From: Octopus sinensis
Lineage: Eukaryota
Assembly: GCF_006345805.1 (NCBI RefSeq)
Contig: NC_042998.1
Coordinates: forward strand, 29,264,001 to 29,328,000
DNA length: 64,000 nt
Direction: 5' to 3'
The notes under the pieces were generated by a model, which was given only the letters and a program-made list of their open reading frames with translations, searched no databases and was not told where the DNA came from. Positions 53,726 to 64,000 of the stretch are shown here, one piece after another. The first letter of the stretch is position 1. Each line of letters begins with the position of its first letter. Both the position numbers and the translations under genes were made by a program.

Positions 53726-54647
53726 TAATAATAATAATAAGGGGAAGAAGAAGAAAAAGAAGAAGAAGAGGAAGAAGGAGAAGAGGAAGAGGAGGAAGGA
53801 GAGGAAGAAGAAGTAAAATGATAAGAATAAACTTGTATTTCAAAATACTCTACCATAAAGTTGGAACTCGCTCACATCGATAGAAATTTCAAGCTTATGT
53901 GTGTGTATGTGTGTGTGTGTGTGTGTGTATGTGTGTGTGTGTGCGCGCGCGTGCTTAGCAATAACGCAAAATGCGGAATAACGAAAATTTTAAACAGAAT
54001 CTAGAAAAGAGAGGAAGAAATAAACAGCATGATAATGCGTGTGTATGTATGTGTGTGTGTGTGTGCGTGCGTGTATGCGTGCGCGTGTGTGTGTGCGATA
54101 TAGAGAAATAATGGAATAGATGCGAGAGGCATTGAACAAGGAAAACTAAACGCTCGCTATAACGCTCTAGCCGTCTGATGAGGAATAGCGAGGCAGTGGG
54201 AGGAGGTGAGAGGAGTAGGAGGAGGAGGAATGTAAAACCAGTCGCCCACTTTTGCGATCGATCCGCGCAACTATTACAGTATGTTTTTAAGAAAATATAG
54301 TCGGCGTTGCTCTGAAAATCCTCTCCACTTTATACGATTTGTAAAATAGAGAGAGAGAGAGAGAGAGAGATATTAAGAATTCCTAGCTTTAAACTTCTCT
54401 CCTGTTTATTGCGTCGTTTTTACCTAAAATTTATTTGTCGTCCCAAACCGAATAAACGAAAAATGTAGAGAGGTCTACTTATCCGAGAAAGTATTCTTTA
54501 TTCGAATACGTAGGAATATAGAAAGGCATGTGTGCGTGTGCGTGCGTGTTTGTGCGTGCATGTACATGCATGCACGTGCACTTGTTTGAGCGTGCATTTG
54601 TTTGTTTGTGTTTGTGCGTGTGTGTGTGTGTGTGGTGTTGTTGTGCG

Positions 54648-54877
54648 TACTCTTTTACTCTTTTACTTGTTTCAGTCATGTGGCTGTGGCCATGCTGGAG
54701 CACCGCCTTTAGTCGAGCAGATCGACCTTCTCCCGCAGGACTCATTCTTTGTAAGCCTAGTACTTATTCTATCGGTCTCTTTTGCCGAACCGCTAAAGTA
54801 ACGGGGAGGCAAGCACACCAGCATAGGTTGTCAAGCGATGTTGGGGTGACAACATAGACACACAAACATATACACAC

Positions 54878-54949
<72 letters not shown>

Positions 54950-55492
54950 ATGTATGTATGTATACGACTGGCTTCTTTCAGTTTCCATCTACCAAATCCA
55001 CTCACAAGGCTTTGATCGGCCCGAGGCAATAGAAGACACTTGCCCAAGGACTGAACCCAGAACCATGTGGTTCGTAAGCAAGCAACTTACCACACAACCA
55101 CTCCTAAGTCTATGTAGTGTCTCTTTATCTTTTATTTTTGTTATTAATCTTAGTCATTTGACTGCGGCCAAGCTGGGGCACCGCTTTGAAGGGTTTTAGT
55201 CGAACAAATCGACCCCAAGACATTTTTTTAAAAACATAGACTCTTTTGCCGTACCGCTAAGTTAAACAGACGTGAATACACCCCCACCAATTGTCAAACG
55301 GTCGTGGGAGACAAACACAGACGCAAAGACACAGACACACACTTAGATATATGCATATATATATAAACGAAATGCTTCTTTCAGTTTCCATGCACCAAAT
55401 CCACTCACAAGGCTTTGGTCAGCGCAAGGCTATAGTAGAAGACACTTGCCCAAGATGTCACGCAGTAGGACTGAATCTGCGACCAAGTGGCT
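54648..55492 (-). mobile_element. Two SINE B copies (54648-55105; 55150-55492)
   Basis: Consensus match. Confidence 0.85.
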
Positions 55493-56051
55493 GGAAATAT
55501 GTGTGTGTGTGTATTTACACACACACTTATATACATACGTATATACGAGAGTGTGTGTCTGTGCGTACATATTTGTGTATGCATGTATATGTTCGTGCGT
55601 TTATGTGTGCTTGTGTGTGTGTGTGTGTGCCATTGCTAATGTTGGGTCCCTTTATACGTATCACTTAACGGTCCATAAATAATTATCCATGAAATATATA
55701 CCAAACTGATATAATTATTGTAGAGTCACATGTCCCTGTGGTTAGAGCGACGAACTCGCGATCGATGGATCACGCGTTCGAATCTCAGACAGAATGTGCC
55801 ATGGCTAGCCATTTTAAATACAGGCACATATCATTTCTGCCAGCTGGGTGGACTGGAGCAACGAGAAATAATGTCTTCCTCAAGGACACAACGCGTCACC
55901 GGGAGTTGAACTCACAGCTGTACGATCGGGAATCGAATGGTCATTAAGCCACGCGCTTTCTCACATAGGGATGGATCAAATACTGACACGTATTCTACCC
56001 GACAAGCTAGCGATCTTGCCAGTTCGCAGTGTTTAGTCGCCACACCCTATC

Positions 56052-56415
56052 GATTACGACGACGAGGGTTCCAGTTAATCCGATCAACAGAACAGCCTGC
56101 TGGTGAAATTAACGTGCAAGTGGCTGAGCACTCCACAGACACATTCACCCTTAACGTAGTTCTCGGGGAGATTCAGCGTGACACAGAGTGTGACAAGGCT
56201 GGCCCTATTGAAATACAGATACAACAGAAACAGGAAGGAATAACTAGAGAAAGTTGTGGTGAAAGAATACAGCAGGGTTCACCACCACTCCCTGCCGGAG
56301 CATCGTGGAACTTCAGGTGTTTCCACTCAATAAACACTCACAACGCCCGGTTTAGGAATCGAAACTGCTATCCTACGACCGCGGTCCGCTGCCCTAACCA
56401 TTGTATTATACTGCG
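56052..56415 (-). mobile_element. SINE family C, tail variant 2
   Basis: Matches 16182-16568. Confidence 0.88.
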
Positions 56416-56871
56416 AAGTTAATGCATTAGAATCTAAATTGGAAATAAAATGTTTATCAGCAAATGCCGTATCAGTATTTTGTTATATACTATGCTCGTT
56501 ACGACTAACCGACTGAACTACATAACATAAAGGAACAGACACGGTTATATCGCCTTTGAACAGCTCTACGTGAACAAATGTGACCTGGAGATAAAAAGTT
56601 GCGACAATAGCAACACATGGTGTTGTCTTCGGATAGATAAAATCCTATTTGAGATAAAAATAGCTTTTGCTTCTGAGCCAGACGTATTGTTAAAAATTAG
56701 TTGTCTAAATCAAATAATAAGTTTGCTTATATACGAAATAGTATCTTTTCTTCGATGAGTTCTGCAAGAGATGTCAAATTATTTCTTCGTCGCGGTAAAC
56801 TAATATTGTGCAGCTTGCGAACAAGAGTATAAATACAAGATGATATATATCAGGTAAAGTATTTTTTAAAA

Positions 56872-57251
56872 AAATGTTCCAGCTGCGGTCATGCTGGAGC
56901 ACCACCATTTACTGAGCTACACCATTATTTGGAACCTCCTCTAATATGTGGCATTTGGTCAATGAGGGAGTTTGATGCTGCTGCTCTCGTTTGTGTTTCC
57001 TGTCGTGAGGTAAGGCTAGTCTGGAACCCGTAACAGGAAGAGATCCTGTTTTGTTTTAAAGACACTTATGTCCACACCATGCTGGTCTCTCAAGCATTTT
57101 GGAAGGATATTAAAGAGCTGTGAGCCCTTGAAGCCCAAGCTGTTGCAGTATCTGGTCTTGTATTTTGATGGCGAGGCTGGGATCCTTGGTACTATGCAAT
57201 AGCGCCCCGTTCTGCAGTTTGAATAACTTTCAATGCCAAAGTTTGGCACAG
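56872..57251 (-). mobile_element. CR1-type LINE 3' fragment (ORF2 C-terminus plus 3' tail)
   Basis: RTGRYC..YCNSLGFKGSQLFNILPKCLRD..VFKTKQDLFLLRVPD; tail ggtggtgctccagcatgaccgcag. Confidence 0.85.
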
Positions 57252-57518
57252 GTAGTAAAGAAGTCGAAGAACAAAGGAGAGTGGTGGCGAAACAGGATTA
57301 GGTAGATGGGCAGAGAAATGGAAAGCGTTAATGTTTATAACATTTCGGATGTTGTTCTTTTACGGAGTAGAATATAGACTGGAGAATGAGGAAGAAATAC
57401 AAGGATGAAAAAAACTTGGAAAAGAAATGGCGAAAATATGTGCGCAATTGGTCGATGTGATGGCCGTTAACTATTTGGAAGTCGGTTGCTGAGCGAGGAT
57501 TCATTGCTTTGTACGTGA

Positions 57519-57555
<37 letters not shown>

Positions 57556-57559
<4 letters not shown>

Positions 57560-57755
57560 ATCCAAACAAGAAAGCACAAAAAAATACAACAACGCGAGGT
57601 CGTGGAACAAATATAGAATTATTTGACGCTCAGGAAAGAAGGAAAGAAGGAGAGTTTAACGTTTCGAGCGGAGCTCTTCGTCGGAAACACAGGAGAAGGA
57701 AAGATCCAGAGAAGGGAAGGCAGAGGAAAAAAATCGCCAACGGTACACACGTGGT

Positions 57756-57763
<8 letters not shown>
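57556..57763 (-). mobile_element. pLTR/retrozyme-like unit with minimal hammerhead 57654-57688
   Basis: Minus strand gttt-CCGACGA-a-gag(ctccg)ctc-GAAACGTT-aaac; both flanks (TA)n. Confidence 0.72.
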
Positions 57764-57811
<48 letters not shown>

Positions 57812-58097
57812 TTTCTCGTTGAGTTATACGTCTATTTGTGGTGTTCTGTACACACGTATATATATTTATATATGTATGTATATATACATGTAGATGTAGG
57901 TACGTACATATATGTTTGTATGTATGCATATATTTTATTTATTACACTATTGTATGACTGAGCGCCCTCGCGTCGATTCGATTCGATTCGTTTCGTTTCG
58001 TTTCTTCTTCTTCTCTAAGCTGGTTTGTATATATATATATATATATGGATAGATATTATTCCTCAGTTGGTTGGATTCACAACCTCTAACTCTCTTG

Positions 58098-58142
<45 letters not shown>

Positions 58143-59407
58143 GTGTGTGTTTAAGCGTCTCGTACTTATACCCTTGTACACATTTCCATTACATCAACCA
58201 CATTCGTGTTGCCTATCCTCTTGACTCACACTTACGTCCGTGCACATCTCCTCGCCCCCGTGTTTTTCTCATTCATCGATTAAGCATATCAGCACCCCCA
58301 TGCTCCCAATCAACATACACCCTCTACGAACCAATTTTCACATTTCTATTCATATACACAAACACACACTGTCCCGCCCCACCTGACCTCTTTTTACTCA
58401 CCCACCCCTATAGTAATGCATTCTCACCTGGTTCCTAATATCTCACCTATTTTAATCTTATTGGTTATTCTACTTCGTCATTTCCCCTATGCTTTTCTCT
58501 TCCTTCTGACGAAGAGGTAAAGTCCGAAACATTACAATACATTCTTCTCCCATTAATACGTTAAACTAATACAGGGTTTACAAAAAGATGTCCTGTCTGT
58601 GTTGTAATTTAATTTTTTTCTCCTCTTGTTACATGTATTTAGTACACACACAAACACCACACACACACACACACACACACACACAACACACACACACACA
58701 AATACACACACAGAAATAGATACACACACTCATATGTGTAGGTATATATATATATATTATATATATATATATATATATTATGTATGTATATATTATTTAT
58801 ATATATATATATATAGGCGTAGGAGTGGCTGTGTGGTAAGTAGCTTGCTTACGAACCACATGGATCCAAATAAAAGATATATGTATATATGTATATATGT
58901 GTGTATATGTCTATATATGTGTGTGTGTGTGTTGTGGTATCTTTATTTATGATAATCTCATGCTGTGAAGATTTGGTAGTCGTTATTTATTAACTGACTC
59001 CAAAGTAACACTATTGTGTACATTCATTCGCCCCTGTAAAAACGAAGAAGCTTACTGTCTCTGGCTACGCGTTGCTTATCCGAGGCGTCACGCGAAGTTC
59101 ATTAAACAAATTCTAAGAAGTCAACTATTTGACTGTAATGGAGTAGTCGGCTTGTTTGGCGAAAAACGCAAGACTGTACGTGTAGCTACAAACGATTTTC
59201 GTGTGGTCGTTTGTGTATATAATTTCTGAGGTTCTAGTAAGAATTTGTTTTTAGTAGTTCTTGAAGTAAGATGACTGAATAGCTATGATATGAATATTCG
59301 CGTATCTATATTCAGAAATTAACGGCTGGAAATAATTCGGAGTGAGATGTCTCTTTGAACATCTACCTATCAATCTGTCTGTCAGTCTGCATAAACACAC
59401 ACGCACG

Positions 59408-59464
<57 letters not shown>

Positions 59465-59477
59465 TTCTTTTGTGTTT

Positions 59478-59975
59478 TTCTTGCTTCATTCATCAGTCTG
59501 AGGCCATACTGGGGCATCGCGTTGAAGAATTTTAGTCCATCAAATAGACCCCAGGACGTATTTTTAAGGCCTAGTACTTATCCAATTGGTATGCTTTTAC
59601 CGAACCACTTTGTCACAGGGCCTTAAATAAAAACCGGTTGTCAAGCAGTGATGGGGGAACTGTTGTGCGAGACTACGACGTCCCCTGGCGAGAATAGACT
59701 GGACCACTACGTATAGATAATAGTGGTCTGAGTAAGTGGGGTAGTTCGTGCTAGTTCCACAGTTCGTGTGTTGATAGTTCAAACACACACACACGCACAC
59801 ACATGACACGCTTTTTTTCAGTTTCGGTTTCCGCTTATCAAATACACTCACAAGAATTTGGTCGGCCTGAGGCTGTAGTAGTTGACATCCAAAGTGCCAC
59901 GCAGTGAGACTGAACCCGGTACCATGTAGTTAGGAAGCTAATAAGCAAATTTTTTACCACACAGCCAGTCCTGCC
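59478..59975 (-). mobile_element. Diverged SINE B with ~120 bp internal insert (59660-59780)
   Basis: Both halves match the consensus. Confidence 0.7.
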
Positions 59976-60089
<114 letters not shown>

Positions 60090-60640
60090 GGCCTGTGCCT
60101 GCTAAATCCACAAGTTTTTTTTTAATTCTCTGTCTGTTTATTTTCTCTTATTCCTTTTGCTGAAGAGCGCAGGCTCGAAACGTTAGACCATCTTTCTTTC
60201 CTTCCTTGACCGTCTGCTAATAGTTTACATGTACCACATCCTCACGTTGTTGTGTTTTTTGGTGTTTCTTCTTCTTTTGGGGGATTTACTCTGTGTGTGT
60301 GTGTGTGTGTATGTGGTGTGTGTGTGTGAGTGTGTGTGTGTGTGTAGGCACAGACCTATAAGCAACCACCTACAGGCAAATAACGACATCTTTTATAATC
60401 GAAACAAGCGAAACCAACTTTAGTGTGCGAGGTACCTTTTAGAAACTCACATAACGAGACACATCTGCACCTAAGGATCCACCATAACTAGTTGCATAGT
60501 ATCTCACTTCCGAGGGAGAGATGCAAGATGGGTCGAAACGATCGTTGTGATTAACAATGAATAAAGATTAACAAAGAATTCCATTTTCCATTTATCTCAT
60601 AAGTTATGTATGTATGTATGTATGTATGTATGTATGTATG

Positions 60641-60732
60641 TGTGCGTGTGTGTATAAATAGATGTATAGGTGTGCGTGTGTGTATAAATAGATGTATAGG
60701 TGTGCGTGTGTGTATAAATAGATGTATATGTG
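60641..60732. repeat. 30-bp tandem repeat x3
   Basis: tgtgcgtgtgtgtataaatagatgtatagg. Confidence 0.95.
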
Positions 60733-61263
60733 TTTTCATTTGCTTTCTTATATCTGGAAGAGAAGGAAGAAGGTTGTAATCCGAATTCAAATTTATTCAT
60801 TTGAAATTTCGAAATTCTAAAATACTCTCTAAGTAGACAATAGCCTGACTTCTAAGCGTTTGACGTTGAAAGCACAAATGGCCGTTCTTCTTCATATTAC
60901 GCGTTCTGACTGATAATTTTGGAATAAATATATTTGCCAAAAAATCAATGACAAATGCAAATTATTGTGATTTTCAACGAATGCTACACGATATAAATAT
61001 AACTCTGAATGACTAATGTACACACACACACACACACACACATACACACAAATAAAGAGACAAAAACAGAACGGCAAAAGTTAGTTTCATTCGCAAAAGT
61101 ACATTTTCTCAACCGCTCTAAGTTTTATTCGCCAGATATGTACTATCAAGAGAGATCTTTTCATCGATCTGAGCATCCTTCTCTTACTATATTTTGAAAG
61201 CGAAGCTTCTGGAATTTTTCTGAAAGTATCATTATATATAAATATGTATGTATGTATCCTCGT

Positions 61264-61648
61264 GGCACTCCGTCGGTTGCGACGATGACGGTTCCAGTTG
61301 ATCCGATCAACGGAACGTCATGCTCGTGAAATTAACGTGCAATTAACGTAGCTGAGCACTCCAGAGACACGTGTACCCTTAACGTAGTTCTCGGGGAGAT
61401 TCAGCGTGACACGGAGTGGGACAAGGCTGGCCCTTTGAAATACAGGTATAACAGAAATAGGAAGGAAGAGTGAGAGAAAGTTGTGGTGAAAGAATACAGC
61501 AGGGTTCACCACCACTCCCTGCCGGCGCATCGTGGGACTGCAGGTGTTTCCACCCAATAAACACTCACAACGCCCGGTTTAGGAATCGAAACCGCTATCC
61601 CACGACCGCGAATCCGCTGCACTAACCACTGGGCCATTGCGCTTCCAC
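61264..61648 (-). mobile_element. SINE family C, tail variant 2
   Basis: Matches 16182-16568. Confidence 0.9.
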
Positions 61649-62349
61649 TATGTATGTATATATATATCACAAGGGAAACATCGTTTAGCTTGGTGTGTCC
61701 GAATCCCGTATATATCATGAGAATAGTGCTTTTAGTGACCTTCTGAGTCAGATTTTCACTCTCATTTCTAGCAATCACCTGTGCTATTTTGCACCCTCAT
61801 TTATTAATGTGTGTATGCGTGTGTGTCTGTGTATGCATGTGTGTGTGTGTGTGTGTGTGCATTCATGATTGAATTGATAACCGGTTTATATTTGTACACA
61901 TCACTGCTCAGCACTTCTAATCCGCAGTTAATTACGGCTGACAGGAATATAAGAAGAGAGACTATCTGCTTGTAAGTTTGCAGCGCCTCTCCTCCCTAGT
62001 GTCTGATAAATTAGGGGAGATAACTACTCCGAAATGCACACATCCATGATTCGGAGTAGGAAACACTTCGAGTTGATTTGGTGTATGTACACTTATTAGT
62101 CAACAGCGAGAAAACTTTCTGCACGACAAAAATACTATGAATGACTTTCTTGCGGTGTTGAATATGCCTCAAGCATGTCTGACCTCGTAACAAGTTTATA
62201 GATTTATATTATACACGCTTGAAATAGAGATTTTAATAACGATGTGTACGTTGTTCAGAACATGTTCATGCTCACACAAATCTAGAGTGGCAATCGATCT
62301 TAATTTAGTCTCAGAGTACAATTTCTCACATAGAATTTTGTGTTTACCG

Positions 62350-62550
62350 TTTTACTGTTTTACTTGTTTCAGTCATTTGAGTGCGGTCATGCTGGAGCAC
62401 CGCCTTTAGTCGAGCAAATCGACCCCAGGACTTACTCTATGGAAGCCTAGTACTTATTCTATCGGTCTTTTTTTGCCGAACCGCTAAGTTACGGCGACGT
62501 CAACACACCACCATCGGTTGTCAAGCGATGTTCGGAGGGGACAAACACAG

Positions 62551-62618
<68 letters not shown>

Positions 62619-63154
62619 TTTGATAGGTTTCGGCCATTATTGACCCAGGCCATGTCTAACTTAATAGCACCACATGGTGCTATCCCACGACCGCGAATCC
62701 GCTGCCCTAACCACTAGGCCATTGCGCTTCCACTATGTATGTATATATATCTCACAAGGGAAACATCGTTTAGCTTACTGTGTCCGAATCCCGTATATAT
62801 CATGAAAATAGTGTTTTTAGTGACCTTCTGAGTCAGATTTTCACTCTCATTTCTAGCAATCACCTGTGCTATTTTGCACGCTCATGTATTAATGTGTGTA
62901 TGTGTGCGTGTCTGTGTATGCATGTGTGTGTGTGTGTATGCGTGTGTGTGTGTGTGTGTTGTGTGTGTGTGTGTGATATATATCAACAATTGAGGGTAAA
63001 ATTAATTAGTTATTAATCAATTTCACCAAAGTAGTGTTCAGTATGTAAAAGGACCATTTAAGGCGAATTCAAAATATTACATTATATAATTAGGGCTTAG
63101 TAAAATAAACTACTTTGCCACGTGGCAAAGTAATTTATTTTACTAAGCCCTAAT

Positions 63155-63205
<51 letters not shown>

Positions 63206-63326
63206 CATATATACGACTGGCTTCTTTCAGTTTACGTCTACCAAATCCACTCACAAGGCTTTGGTTGGCCCGAGGCTATAGTAGAAGACACTTGCCCAAG
63301 GTGCCCCGCAGTGGGACTGAACCCGG
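62350..63326 (-). mobile_element. SINE B split at its internal (TA)n by a ~600 bp composite insert
   Basis: 3' half 62350-62580 and 5' half 63212-63326; the insert holds a copy of 61594-61860 and a hairpin element. Confidence 0.85.
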
Positions 63327-64000
63327 TGTAAATGTGATGTAAATGATGCCAGTTGACTGTCAGACACCAAACTATTTCCCAAGTTTTGCCTTCGAAGTAA
63401 CTGATATTGCCTCGGTTGCTATGAAGTTCTGTTCTGATATCAAATCAGTAGACAAAACATTGGCTAAAATGTGTGAAAGTCACAATTTTTCGAGTACATT
63501 GACGTATTGCGATGACATGCACACACATACATACACACACGCCCGCGCACGACATAGAGTTCTGTCTTATGCTAGATGTCCTTCTATAATTTCTCTTGAC
63601 TACATTCTGAAGTAAGATGACAAAGTATTGAAAATATCCAGGTGAATAACTACTGAATCAGATTTACGTTACATTACATACACAGTTGCAACCAAAAGAG
63701 AGATAATTAAAAAGTTAACATGGAAAGCTCAATAAATGGCTGAATTCTGTCGATACCACCGAAGGAAAAAAATGGCGAAAGAAAAAAACTTATTTTTAAA
63801 ATCGTATTCAGATCATTTCTAGATTACTTAAATAACATTACTGACGCCGATCATTGCTTCGACTTCGACATTTATGCTTTCTCCTTCTTCCATATCTTGT
63901 CTTCGCTATCTCCTGGCATTTGTCGTTCTCGTGGTCTTTTTTTCTTTTTCTTTGTTATCATTTTTATTGTCGTCGATAAAGTGATGTGAAGCGAACTGGA

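Noticed and set aside
54176-54200. ctgatgag possible hammerhead half
   Set aside because: No downstream stem II/GAAA or stem I partner found.

Overview
AT-rich, microsatellite-laden eukaryotic DNA. The repeat content (several tRNA-derived SINE families, (TA)n/(CA)n tracts) looks like an octopus genome; that is my inference, not a database result. I found no intact host protein-coding gene: nearly all ORFs in the track are microsatellite or SINE translations. Most of the window is mobile-element debris: three tRNA-derived SINE families, one full-length mariner plus mariner remnants, hAT MITEs, non-autonomous Helitrons, and 3' fragments of RTE-, CR1- and R4/Dong-type LINEs. Two things stand out. 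(1) Once the TEs are removed from about 1-11500, the remaining + strand pieces read as one long decayed reading frame whose motifs fall in the order of a Mononegavirales-like L polymerase (RdRp, capping, methyltransferase). This is a candidate ancient endogenous RNA-virus gene, broken by insertions, an inversion and a fold-back duplication. The match was made by eye and needs an HMM search. (2) About a dozen minimal hammerhead-ribozyme motifs from at least 6 families sit in short, often palindromic elements embedded in (TA)n tracts, as expected for Penelope-like pseudo-LTRs or retrozymes. Some have unusual cores or ~90-100 nt loop-II insertions.
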